From an uncultured Deinococcaceae bacterium (GTDB taxonomy: Bacteria > Deinococcota > Deinococci > Deinococcales > Deinococcaceae): a stretch of DNA of 64,000 bases. The notes under the pieces are model-generated. The model saw only the letters and a list, made by a program, of their open reading frames with translations. It did not search any database and was not told the DNA's origin. Positions 20,116 to 32,113 of this stretch are shown one piece after another. The stretch is taken from the NCBI GenBank assembly GCA_964252075.1, contig CAXULY010000013.1, positions 1 through 64,000 on the forward strand, written 5' to 3'. The stretch's first letter is position 1. Each line of letters opens with the position of its first letter. The translations under genes were made by a program, and so were the position numbers.

Positions 20116-21068
20116 CGGGCGTGCTGGTCCTGGGCGCGGGCGGCTGGGGCACGGCCCTCGCGGTGCTGGCGGCACGCACGGGACCCGCGACCCTCTGGGC
20201 GCGCCGCGCGGACTTCGCGGCGCAGTTGCAGGCGCAGCGCGAGAACCCCGCGTACCTGCCTGGCGTGACCTTCCCCGAGGCGCTCACCGTGACGGGGGAC
20301 CTGGGCGCGGCGCGGGACTTCGCGTGGGCGCTGGTGTGCACGCCCGCGCAGGGCGTCGAGGACCTGCTGGGTCGGCTGCCCCCCGACCTGGGGCTGGTGC
20401 TGTGCGCCAAGGGCCTCGCGGGGAGCGGCGAGCGGCTCTCCGAGGTGGCGCGCGCGCGCGGCTTCACGCGCGTGGCGGTCCTGAGCGGCCCGAACCACGC
20501 GGAGGAGGTGGCGCGCGGGCTGCCCGCCGCGACGGTCGTCGCGAGTGACGACGCGGCCTTCGCGCGCGCCGTGCAGGCGGCGCTCGTCGCGCCGAGCCTG
20601 CGGGTGTACAGCAGCGCGGACCTCACGGGCGTGGAGCTGGGCGGCGTGCTGAAAAACGTGATCGCGCTGGCGGCCGGGCTGGTGGACGGCCTGGAACTGG
20701 GCGACAACGCGAAGGCCGCCATCATCACGCGGGGGCTCGCGGAGACGCGCCGGTACCTGGTGTCGCAGGGCGCGCACGAGGACACGGTGTTCGGGCTGTC
20801 CGGGCTGGGGGACCTGGTGGCGACCGCGACGAGCCCGCACTCCCGCAACCGCGCGGCGGGCGAGGCCATCGCGCGCGGGCGGGACCCGCGCCAGGGCGGG
20901 CAGGTGGTGGAGGGCCTGCGGACGGCGGCGCTGCTGGACCACTGGGCGCAGGTGCACGGCGAGCAACTGCCGATCGTGCGGGCGGTGGCGCGGGTGGTGG
21001 CGAGCGAGTGGACGCCCGAGCGCGGCCTGTCCTTCCTGATGGAGCGCGGGCCTAAACCCGAGCAATAA
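20112..21068 (+). CDS. gpsA: NAD(P)H-dependent glycerol-3-phosphate dehydrogenase
   Basis: [34 protein letters not shown]. Confidence 0.92.
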   Translation: MTGVLVLGAGGWGTALAVLAARTGPATLWARRADFAAQLQAQRENPAYLPGVTFPEALTVTGDLGAARDFAWALVCTPAQGVEDLLGRLPPDLGLVLCAKGLAGSGERLSEVARARGFTRVAVLSGPNHAEEVARGLPAATVVASDDAAFARAVQAALVAPSLRVYSSADLTGVELGGVLKNVIALAAGLVDGLELGDNAKAAIITRGLAETRRYLVSQGAHEDTVFGLSGLGDLVATATSPHSRNRAAGEAIARGRDPRQGGQVVEGLRTAALLDHWAQVHGEQLPIVRAVARVVASEWTPERGLSFLMERGPKPEQ

Positions 21069-21136
21069 AAAACCCGCCCTCTCAGGCGGTGATGAAAACA
21101 GCATAGCGCGGTATGCACGGCGGGTCAAGGGCATGC
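21063..21136 (-). repeat. Dispersed promoter-hairpin unit, copy 3
   Basis: Minus strand: TTGACC(21128-23), 17 bp, TATGCT(21105-00), 6 bp, ATCACCGCCTGAGAGGGCGGG-T6; overlaps the gpsA TAA. Confidence 0.95.
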
Positions 21137-21301
21137 AGTGAATCCGCCCGTGTGAATTCCATCTGAGGCGCATGTGCCGCGTGTTACTCTGATGAGGTTC
21201 CCCGCCGCCGGTTGCCTTCCCGCCCCCACCCCGGTTCGAGCGGCTCTCTGCCGGACGCCCGCCGTCCGCGCGACCTCACACTCTTCTCTGCCTGGAGGGC
21301 C

Positions 21302-23527
21302 ATGCTTCGGCTTCACCTGCTCGGCCACGTTCATGTCAGCTTGAATGGGCAGCCTGTTCACCTGTCCGCGAAATCCACCGCGCTCCTTGTGTACCTCGCG
21401 CTGGAACGCGCGCCCCAGCACCGCGAGCACCTCGCGGACCTGCTGTGGGAGCGCGCCGACGCGCTCGGCAACCTGCGCGTGGAACTCGCGCGCCTGCGCG
21501 CGGCGGGCCTCGACCTCTTCCCGGCGCGCCAGCCCATGCTGTCCCTCACCTGCGCGCTGGACCTCGACGACTGGCTGCAGCAGGGCGAGGCCGTCACGGA
21601 GCGCGAGCTGACGGACTGGCTCTCGCAGGCGCGCAGCCTGCCGCTCAGCGGCCTGGAGGACCTGGGCTCCACGGCTTTCCAGGAGTGGATCGAGACGCAG
21701 CGCTGGGCGATCTGCGAGCGCCTGGAGCAGGTGCTCAGCCGCGTGTACACGCGGCTGCTGGAGGCCGGGCGCACGCAGGCGGCGGAACTTGTGCGGGCGC
21801 GCGGCGAGGTGCTGGGCGTGGAACTCGTGCGCCTCACGCCGAAACGCGAGCTGGGCAGCCCGCACTTCGACCGCCCCGTGGAACGCGCGCGCCTCGACGC
21901 GGCGCTGCGCCAGGCGCGGCGTGAACCGCAACTGGTGCTGCTGAGCGGCCGGGCGGGCAGCGGCAAGCGCTCCTTCCTGCGCGAGGCGCTCGCGGGCAGC
22001 GAGTGGCTGCTGGTGCAGGTGAGCGCCGCGCCGCAGCGGCGCCTCACGCAGGCCGCCATCGCGCAGAGCCTCACGCGCGTCGCGTCCCCCGAGGCGCGGC
22101 GCGTGCTGCAGGACATGCTCCTGAACCCCGGCGACCTGGACGACGAACTCGTGCGGCTGGGCTCGGTGCTGGTGAGCCTCGGGCAACCCGTGGTGCTCGC
22201 CATCCACGGGGTGGAGCAGGCGGCGCCCACCCTCGCCGCGAGCCTGGAGTACGCGCTGGACCTCCCCATGCCGCTGGTGCTGGTGGTGTCCGCCGAGGAC
22301 GCCGCGCGCCTCACGGGCCTCGCGCGCGGCCTGGAGCGCGCGGACCCCACGCGCGTGCAGCGCCTGGACCTGGGGCCCATCCCCATCAGCTCCGCGCTGC
22401 GCGTGCTGCGCGCCCACGCGCAGGACGGTGCGGGGGACGAGCAGGCGCTGTACGCGCGCGCGGCGCGGCTGGTGCAGCAGACGGACGGCTGGCCGCTGCA
22501 CATGCGCGCCCTCATGGACCGCCCCATCAACCTGGGCCTGGGGCGCGCGCCCCTCCCGGAGTCCGTGCGCGAGGACCTGCGCCACGAGATCGCGGGCTGG
22601 CCGGACGCGCTCGCGCGTGACCTCGCGCAGCTGAGCCTGGTGTACGACGCGATTGACGCGCCGCTCGCCAGCATGCTGCTTGACCGGGACGCCGCGCCCA
22701 CCCTGCACGAGGCGGCGCAGCGCGGCGTGCTGGGCCTCGCCAGTCCCGAGGAGCTCGTGCGCGTGCCGGAACTCACGCACCTGCCCAGCGACCTGGAGAC
22801 CCGCCTGGGCTTCAACAGCGAGCCGCTGCGCACGGTTCTGGCGGGCACCCTGTCCGGCGCGCAGCGCGGCGCGCTGCGCGTGAAGCTCGCGGACTGGTAC
22901 TTCGAGTCGCAGCCGGGCCTGAGCGCCCTGTACGCGGAGCGCGCGGGCCTCGACGACCTCGCGCGCCTCGCGCGCGACGCGGACCTCGCGCGGCTGGACC
23001 CCACGCACCCGCGCCTGCAGGCGGTGGGCGGACCGGCCGCCGCCGTGCACGGGGTGCCCGCGCCCGCGCAGACGACCGCGCTGCGCGTGGAGACCCGCAC
23101 GCCCGGCGGGTACCGGGTGGGTCTGGAGGGCGGGTGGCTGGACGTGACGCGCTTCGGGCGGTTCGCGCCGCCGCCCCTGCTGCGCCTGCAGCTACCGCCC
23201 ACCGTGCGCGGGGCGTGGCGGTTGGTGCTGCGCCTGGACGTGTTCCGCACGGGCGCCGAGATGGGCGCGCGGGAGGTGCCGTACGCGCTCGGGCTGCGCT
23301 TCGGGGCGGGGGACCGCCTCGTGCTGTCCAGTGAGCCGCTCGCGGACTTCACGCAGGACGGCGTGCGGCACCTCGCGCTGGGGGGCCTGCCGCAGGGCCG
23401 CTGGTTCGAGGTGAGCGGGCAGGGCGGGGGTGGGGCGCTGGAACTCAGCACGCGCGCCCTGGACCTCTCCGTGACGGTCGGGCTGCTGGAGGTGGGCGGT
23501 CACGCGCTGCTGCTGTCGGAGCTGTGA
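21302..23527 (+). CDS. SARP/BTAD-like transcriptional regulator with AAA/STAND-like domain
   Basis: LHLLG...ALLVYLAL...REHLADLLW...NLRVELARLR; GRAGSGK P-loop; TDGWPL. Confidence 0.78.
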   Translation: MLRLHLLGHVHVSLNGQPVHLSAKSTALLVYLALERAPQHREHLADLLWERADALGNLRVELARLRAAGLDLFPARQPMLSLTCALDLDDWLQQGEAVTERELTDWLSQARSLPLSGLEDLGSTAFQEWIETQRWAICERLEQVLSRVYTRLLEAGRTQAAELVRARGEVLGVELVRLTPKRELGSPHFDRPVERARLDAALRQARREPQLVLLSGRAGSGKRSFLREALAGSEWLLVQVSAAPQRRLTQAAIAQSLTRVASPEARRVLQDMLLNPGDLDDELVRLGSVLVSLGQPVVLAIHGVEQAAPTLAASLEYALDLPMPLVLVVSAEDAARLTGLARGLERADPTRVQRLDLGPIPISSALRVLRAHAQDGAGDEQALYARAARLVQQTDGWPLHMRALMDRPINLGLGRAPLPESVREDLRHEIAGWPDALARDLAQLSLVYDAIDAPLASMLLDRDAAPTLHEAAQRGVLGLASPEELVRVPELTHLPSDLETRLGFNSEPLRTVLAGTLSGAQRGALRVKLADWYFESQPGLSALYAERAGLDDLARLARDADLARLDPTHPRLQAVGGPAAAVHGVPAPAQTTALRVETRTPGGYRVGLEGGWLDVTRFGRFAPPPLLRLQLPPTVRGAWRLVLRLDVFRTGAEMGAREVPYALGLRFGAGDRLVLSSEPLADFTQDGVRHLALGGLPQGRWFEVSGQGGGGALELSTRALDLSVTVGLLEVGGHALLLSEL

Positions 23528-23618
23528 CGCGCCCCTTGCCCCGCGGCTCTCACCGTGTTGTAATGATGCCATTCTGAATCAGGCGTAATTGGGTGAGGGC
23601 TGCCCTGTCAGAGCGCAG

Positions 23619-23665
23619 GCACCACATCTGGTACCTGGGAACAGTGAGGGCACCATATCTGTTGC
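23619..23665. promoter_or_regulatory. Tandem NrdR boxes upstream of nrdJ
   Basis: gcaCcAcATcTgGtac (23619) and gcaCcAtATcTgttgc (23650), 31 bp apart. Confidence 0.7.
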
Positions 23666-23805
23666 CCCTGCTCCCTCCCCGTGTTACAGTCTGAGACATC
23701 AAATGCGGCGGCCCACAGCGGGACGCCGAAGCCCACACCCCACGCCGCCCCCACAGGCGGTGAGGCCCTTTCACGTGCCGCCCGGCACCCACAGGAGCGC
23801 AGCGC

Positions 23806-26817
<3,012 letters not shown>

Positions 26818-26835
26818 TAATTTTGGAGAGGGTAC

Positions 26836-28467
26836 ATGGCAAATTTAAATGACTTCGCATTAATAGACAAAAAAGTAAAAGCTACACAAGATAGATACGG
26901 ATACGATTCGACTGGTGAAGCATTTGATCATTTTGCAGTCCAACTATTTTTGGGCCTGAATGATGAAGAAATTGAAGAAGCGATCACTGACGACTCAGGA
27001 GACGAAGGAATAGATGCGCTTTACATGCGTGACGGCGTTTTATACGTTTTTTCTTGCAAATACGCCAATACTATAGAAAACGCAAATAAAAACTTTCCAG
27101 AATCTGCACTTGATAAGGTGAATTTAACAATACAAAGGATTATGAATAAAACACTACTGAAACATAGCGTTAACGAAGCACTATGGGATCAAGTAAAGAT
27201 AGTTTGGGAAGCGCTTGCTGGCGGACCAATAAAGATTCAATTTCACTTTTTCTCTAATAAAGAACAGCCACTCGATCACGCAAAAATGAAATTTGAGCAG
27301 GACGTAGCTCAATATAGAGAGGTACAAGTAATTTATTGGGATTCAAGGAAAATTGCTGATTGGATCATCGGACAAAGACATAAAAAAATGAGTGGTAAGG
27401 TTCAAATGCTTGACAAGCAATATTTTGAGCGAATTGACGGAAATGTCAAAGGTATCGTCGGACCTATACCCGCTTCAGAGTTGATCAAGCTTGTTTCTAT
27501 CCCAGGAGAGATCGGACGCTTAGACGAGGATGCTTTTAACGAAAATATTAGAGTCTACTATAAACTCGACAATAAAATTAATAGAGAGATATATGATACT
27601 GCTTTGTCTGAGGAGAACTTCAAATTCTATTATTTGAACAACGGAATAACTATTATGTGTGAGGAGTATGATTTCACTCCAAGCAGATCACCAACGATAA
27701 ACTTGACCAACTTTCAAATAGTAAACGGAGGACAAACAACCCACGCGCTTGCAGAGGCATATTTGAAAAATCCAGAAAAGATAGGCGAAGAAATTATTGT
27801 TCTGGCACGAATATATGCCTCAAAGGATAAAGCTATCTCAGAAAAGATCGGTGAAAAGACTAATAGACAGACGCCGATAAGCTCACGAGACCTTCTAGCT
27901 AATGATGAAATACAGAGGAAACTAGAGGAAGAGTTTTTAGCATTGGGCTATTATTATGAGAGGAAAAAGTCTCAATTTGACGATAAAACTGACCTACCTG
28001 TTCTGGATAGTGAACTACTTGGACAGCTCTACATGTCATACTACCTGGGTCAGCCATCTGAGGCTAGAAATCAAAAATCGCTTGTGTTTACCGAATTTTA
28101 TGACAAAATATTTAATAGCAATGTCACCGCTAGCAAAATGCTAGTGCCTTACAGGATTTCACTGCCTCTAGAAGAGATTAAGCGAGAAATACAAAGAAAG
28201 AAAAGAAAGAGAGAGCAAATAGATGAAGCCGAAGCATTTGTGTCTCGCGCAGTGTTTCATATAATATATGTTATGCATCAACTAGCTGAAAGAAATGGGG
28301 TCAACGTATTTGACATTGAGGCAGTATCTAGACTCCAAGGAGATGCCGTAGACATTTTAAGAGATGTAACTAGAGATGCAAAAATAGCGAGAGGGGAGGC
28401 CTACACACATGATAAATTTTTTAAAGAACGCTCAACTATCAGTATAATTGATCGTAGTCTCAACTAA
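26836..28467 (+). CDS. AIPR family protein (abortive infection phage resistance), AT-rich
   Basis: GDEGIDA N-terminal motif, NENIR, F..LNNGITI, QIVNGGQT; composition far more AT-rich than flanks. Confidence 0.85.
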   Translation: MANLNDFALIDKKVKATQDRYGYDSTGEAFDHFAVQLFLGLNDEEIEEAITDDSGDEGIDALYMRDGVLYVFSCKYANTIENANKNFPESALDKVNLTIQRIMNKTLLKHSVNEALWDQVKIVWEALAGGPIKIQFHFFSNKEQPLDHAKMKFEQDVAQYREVQVIYWDSRKIADWIIGQRHKKMSGKVQMLDKQYFERIDGNVKGIVGPIPASELIKLVSIPGEIGRLDEDAFNENIRVYYKLDNKINREIYDTALSEENFKFYYLNNGITIMCEEYDFTPSRSPTINLTNFQIVNGGQTTHALAEAYLKNPEKIGEEIIVLARIYASKDKAISEKIGEKTNRQTPISSRDLLANDEIQRKLEEEFLALGYYYERKKSQFDDKTDLPVLDSELLGQLYMSYYLGQPSEARNQKSLVFTEFYDKIFNSNVTASKMLVPYRISLPLEEIKREIQRKKRKREQIDEAEAFVSRAVFHIIYVMHQLAERNGVNVFDIEAVSRLQGDAVDILRDVTRDAKIARGEAYTHDKFFKERSTISIIDRSLN

Positions 28468-28635
28468 TAGTAGTGCTATCTGCTCAGTAACGACGAAAAA
28501 AGTTTAAAATTTGCAGGGGCATGTCCTGTCGCTGGAGGAGGGGCGGCGCGTGAGTGGGCTGCTGGAGGCCCGCACGCGCCGCTAGCGTTTCCTGGCGCCC
28601 CAGCTGGGGCCCGCTTCGGACGTGGCGCCTTCTCG

Positions 28636-28986
28636 TCAATCGGGCTGCCAGAGTTCCAGCGGGTTGCCTTCCGGGTCGCTCAGTCGCGCGAACCGCCCGA
28701 CGCCCGGCATGATCCACTCCGGTTTGGTGGTCACCTCGATGCCCGCGGCGCGCAGGTCCGCGCACAGGCGGTCCAGGTTGTCCACGCGCAGGTTCAGCAT
28801 CCACGCGCGGTCCGCTGGGAGTTCGTCCGTGTCGGTCGGGAAGGGCGAGAAGACGCTGGGTCCCGCCTGGGTGTCCCACGCACCGTGCGGTCCGGCGCCC
28901 ACGCCGAGGTGCGCCGCATACCACGCGCGCAGCGCCTGCGGGTCGCGCGCCCGAAAGAAGAACCCGCCGATGCCGGTTACACCCAT
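28636..28986 (-). CDS. VOC/glyoxalase family protein
   Basis: VTGIGGFFFRARDP, NLRVDNLD, DPEGNPLELWQP. Confidence 0.88.
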   Translation of the reverse strand: MGVTGIGGFFFRARDPQALRAWYAAHLGVGAGPHGAWDTQAGPSVFSPFPTDTDELPADRAWMLNLRVDNLDRLCADLRAAGIEVTTKPEWIMPGVGRFARLSDPEGNPLELWQPD

Positions 28987-29082
28987 GCTTGCCTCCGTCT
29001 CTGAAGGGGTTGCGCTCTGGCGTCGTGAGGCCACCTGGGCGCCGCCCTTGTCGCTGTTTCGCTGGCTCAGGTACGCCTCATT

Positions 29083-29156
29083 GCATGCGCTTGACTCACC
29101 GCGCATACCGCGCTAACCTACAGACATCACCGCCTGAGAGGGCGGATTTTTTATGG
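29083..29156 (+). repeat. Dispersed promoter-hairpin unit, copy 4
   Basis: TTGACT(29091-96), 17 bp, TAACCT(29114-19), 6 bp, ATCACCGCCTGAGAGGGCGGA-T6. Confidence 0.93.
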
Positions 29157-29166
29157 CCTTGTGGGC

Positions 29167-29601
29167 TCAGCCTCTGGGGTGGCTGCCGGGTGCGGCCACG
29201 CGGTACACCCTCGCGCCCGGTGCGGCGTGACGCTCCGCCACCCCGAAGGGCGCCACGATCTGGAGGCCCACACCGCCCGGCGCGACCACCTGCACACCCA
29301 CTGCGAACGGCGCGATGACCTGAAGGCCGATGGCGAGCGGGGCGATCGCCTGCACGCTGCTGGCTCCTGGGGCGACGCTCTGCACCGCCACGCTGAGGGG
29401 CGCGGCGGCCTGGGCGGTGAGGCTGAGCGGGGCGGCGGCCTGCGCGCCCGCCGTGAGGGGCGCAAGAGCCAGGGCGCCCGCGCTGAGGGGCGCCGCGGCG
29501 AGGGCGGCTGCACCGAGCGGTGGGGCGGTCAGCGCGCCCAGGGTGCCGGGCAGCAGGGCGGTCGCGCGGGCACGCTGGCGTGGGTCGGGTGGGGGCGTCA
29601 T
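29167..29601 (-). CDS. Hypothetical protein with about 12 tandem 10-aa repeats
   Basis: AP dipeptide every 10 residues (30-bp period); TAAGCT 5 nt upstream of ATG. Confidence 0.65.
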   Translation of the reverse strand: MTPPPDPRQRARATALLPGTLGALTAPPLGAAALAAAPLSAGALALAPLTAGAQAAAPLSLTAQAAAPLSVAVQSVAPGASSVQAIAPLAIGLQVIAPFAVGVQVVAPGGVGLQIVAPFGVAERHAAPGARVYRVAAPGSHPRG

Positions 29602-29708
29602 GCGTCAGCTTAAACCGCAGGTCCTCGCTGGTGGTCTAGCCCGCTCATGGGGCCTTGAGGGAAGGGGCCTTTTCTCGCACCCAGCGTTGTTTTTCACCTC
29701 CAGAAATG

Positions 29709-29725
29709 CTATGCTGAAAGCGTAA
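29709..29725. promoter_or_regulatory. Second RDRM-like operator CTATGCTGAAAGCGTAA
   Basis: Shares TATGCT-n-A-n-AGCGTAAC with the 12561 site; overlaps the -10 of TTGTTT(29687)-17-TATGCT(29710). Confidence 0.6.
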
Positions 29726-29848
29726 CGGATTGGTTCTTGTTCTGCTCAGGCGAAGGAGTTGGCAGCGTGCCCACACCCAGCGACAGACCTCCGCTTCCCC
29801 TTGCCCTCACGCAGCGCCACCCCACAGCGCACTCCCCACCCACCGCAC

Positions 29849-30238
29849 TCAGGCGTCATCCGCGAGGGGCGTGAGTTTCAGCTCCCGCAGGCCCGCCGCC
29901 AGCCAGCGATTCAGCTCCGTCAGCCCGAGCGCCGTGAGGTCCCCGCGCAGGGTGCCCGCCGCGTCCAGCACCCACGGGCGCACGTTCACCTCGCGCACGT
30001 CCGTGTTGCCCGCCACGCCGCGCGGCGCCATGCGGTAGCGGCCCGGCGTGAGGTCACGCCCGCGCAGCGTGAAGGTCGCGACGTGCGGGTAGTGCTGCGC
30101 CTCGAACTCCCGCTCGCGCCGCCGCGCCTGCCCCGGCTCGTCATCCGAGATGCGGAAGAACAGCAGGAATGGTCGGAGGTCCCACGCGGAGGGGGGTTTC
30201 TTGCGGGTGAGGCGCGTCTGCACCACCGTGGCGATCAT
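29849..30238 (-). CDS. Hypothetical protein
   Basis: 129-aa ORF with host codon bias; TAAGCT 6 nt upstream of ATG. Confidence 0.65.
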   Translation of the reverse strand: MIATVVQTRLTRKKPPSAWDLRPFLLFFRISDDEPGQARRREREFEAQHYPHVATFTLRGRDLTPGRYRMAPRGVAGNTDVREVNVRPWVLDAAGTLRGDLTALGLTELNRWLAAGLRELKLTPLADDA

Positions 30239-30291
30239 GCCGCGAGCTTAGGCCGCGCGGGTTGCGGTGGCAAGGGACGCCCGTCGCCGCT

Positions 30292-31224
30292 TCACGCGAG
30301 CACCTGCGCGATCACACCCTCCACGTGCGGCAGGGCCTCCAGCACGAAGGGCCGCTCGTGCGGGCGCCGCGCGAGGAACGCGAGGTTCTGCACCGCCGCG
30401 AGGCACTTCAGGGCGCGCGTGGGCGCCTCCTGCCCTTCCGGCAGGGCGCGCACGCCCGCGTACCCCGCGAGGAAGGCGTCGCGCTCCGGGACTTCCAGGT
30501 CCAGGGTGGCGCCCGCGACGTCCAGCAGGTACGGCCCGAAACCGCAGCGGTCGAAGTCCAGCACGCTCGGTCCGTCCGGCCCCAGCAGGAAGTTCCCGGG
30601 GTGCGCGTCCGCGTGAATGAGTCCGTACCCGCCCGGCACCGCCTGCAGGGGACCCAGCGCGTCCGCGAGGGCCGCGATGTGCCGGTGGAGCGTGGCCGCC
30701 CGCGCGGGTGGCATGGCGTCGGTTCCCAGGGTCTGCGTGAGGTCCTGCCCGCACGCCTGGAAATACGCCGCGCTGTACTCCGGGCGCGTGAAGCCGGGGG
30801 GCGGCGTGAACCGCTCCGCCTGCAGGTGCAGCCGCGCGAGGAGCGCGCCCATCTGCCCGGCCTGCGCGGGGTCCGGGCGGCCCGCGAGGGGCTCGCCGTC
30901 CAGCCACGTGAGGGCGGTGTAGAGGGTGCTGTCCTCCAGGCGCACCACCCACTCGTCTGCCGCGCTCCGAACGGGGGCTGGGACGGGCAGCGCGGCGCGG
31001 CTCAGGTGGTCCAGCCACTCCAGTTCGGACGCCAGGGCGGGCGCGGCGTGCCGGGCGGCGGTGTGCAGGCGCAGCGCGAGGCGCGCGCCCGACGCGACCG
31101 TCACGCGGTACACGCTGTTGTCACTGAGGCCCAGCGCCGCCACCTGCGCGCCCTGCAGGCCGTAGGCGTCCAGGGCGCGGTGCGCGAGGGCCTCCAGCGC
31201 GGCGGCGTTTGGGGTGTCCGGCAT
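30292..31224 (-). CDS. APH / homoserine kinase type II-like phosphotransferase
   Basis: DNSVYRV, LIHADAHPGNFL, LDFD. Confidence 0.85.
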   Translation of the reverse strand: MPDTPNAAALEALAHRALDAYGLQGAQVAALGLSDNSVYRVTVASGARLALRLHTAARHAAPALASELEWLDHLSRAALPVPAPVRSAADEWVVRLEDSTLYTALTWLDGEPLAGRPDPAQAGQMGALLARLHLQAERFTPPPGFTRPEYSAAYFQACGQDLTQTLGTDAMPPARAATLHRHIAALADALGPLQAVPGGYGLIHADAHPGNFLLGPDGPSVLDFDRCGFGPYLLDVAGATLDLEVPERDAFLAGYAGVRALPEGQEAPTRALKCLAAVQNLAFLARRPHERPFVLEALPHVEGVIAQVLA

Positions 31225-31289
31225 GCCCGTCACTGTAGGGGGCCGGGCGGCGTTCACACAGCGCCGAATGGCGGAGGAACGCGCCCGGT

Positions 31290-31365
31290 GCATCACCTTG
31301 ACCCGCCCTGCATAACGCGCTAAACTATCTTTATCACCGCCTGAGAAGGGCGGGTTTTTTGTTGG
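31290..31365 (+). repeat. Dispersed promoter-hairpin unit, copy 5
   Basis: TTGACC(31298-303), 17 bp, TAAACT(31321-26), 6 bp, ATCACCGCCTGAGAAGGGCGGG-T6 (loop 1 nt longer). Confidence 0.93.
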
Positions 31366-31370
31366 TGCCC

Positions 31371-31664
31371 TCAGGCCTCGCCGTTCTCGCTGCCGTCATC
31401 GCCCTGCCCGCCGTCCGGGCGGGTGGTGTCGGTCCCCTCCTGGCGGTTCACCACGCCGTCCGCGGGGTTGCCCGCCACCAGCGGCGTCTCCGACGGCCCG
31501 CCCAGCACCGGGATGGTGGGCAGGGGCGCCTCCGCGATCACCTCGCGGGGCGTGGTGGGGTTCACGAGGTTGCCGCCCTCCCGCTCGACGTCCTCCACCG
31601 ATTTGCCGAGGGGGGCGGTGTTCCCGAGCGGGCTCGCGCCGCCCTGCGTTTTGGTGTCGTCCAT
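31371..31664 (-). CDS. Small acidic, probably disordered hypothetical protein
   Basis: 97-aa ORF, PLGKSVEDVERE segment, host codon bias. Confidence 0.6.
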   Translation of the reverse strand: MDDTKTQGGASPLGNTAPLGKSVEDVEREGGNLVNPTTPREVIAEAPLPTIPVLGGPSETPLVAGNPADGVVNRQEGTDTTRPDGGQGDDGSENGEA

Positions 31665-31738
31665 GCCTCAGCGTGCGCCCCGCGCATGAGTTCAGGCGTC
31701 ACTTCAGCTTGACGTGTGGCCACGGAAGGCCCCCTTCC

Positions 31739-31767
31739 TTGACACCCCCGGCGCAATTCCATAGCAT
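31739..31767 (+). promoter_or_regulatory. Sigma70-type promoter for the tRNA pair
   Basis: TTGACA, 17 bp, TAGCAT. Confidence 0.7.
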
Positions 31768-31796
31768 AGATAGGCTCTCCCGCAGGGGAAGCGCAT

Positions 31797-31874
31797 GGTG
31801 GGTTTAGCTCAGTCGGTTAGAGCGCCGCTCTGTGGAAGCGGAGGTCGTGGGTTCAAATCCCATAACCCACCCCA
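31797..31874 (+). tRNA. tRNA-His (GTG)
   Basis: G-1/C73, acceptor GTGGGTT/AACCCAC, anticodon arm ccgct-ctGTGga-agcgg, GGTTCAAAT, encoded CCA. Confidence 0.95.
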
Positions 31875-31927
31875 ACTTTTTACGTTTCAGGAGTCTAGGC
31901 TCCAGGTCGCGCGACTCCGCTGGGCAC

Positions 31928-32012
31928 GCGAGGATGGCGGAACTGGTAGACGCGCCAGACTTAGGATCTGGTATCGAAAGATGTGAGGGTTCAAGTCCCT
32001 TTCCTCGCACCA
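31928..32012 (+). tRNA. tRNA-Leu (TAG)
   Basis: Acceptor GCGAGGA/TCCTCGC, ccaga-ctTAGga-tctgg, long variable arm, ACCA end. Confidence 0.95.
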
Positions 32013-32113
32013 CAAGCCTCGCCAGGCAAAGCGCACAGCGGCCCCACAGCGCGGGCCGCTTTTTTGCAGGGCAGACCACCACGGGGCGAGAACAGGGGCG
32101 AACGGGAGTCCAT

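Noticed and set aside
29161..29613. Plus-strand His/Arg-rich repeat ORF
   Set aside because: Antisense shadow of the decapeptide ORF, which has the better start signal
31797..32012. tRNA-targeted integrative element explaining the AIPR patch
   Set aside because: No integrase and no duplicated tRNA end seen; tig follows the tRNAs directly
31832..32113. N-terminal extension of trigger factor in the ORF track
   Set aside because: Overlaps two tRNA genes; ATG 32114 follows a GGGAG RBS
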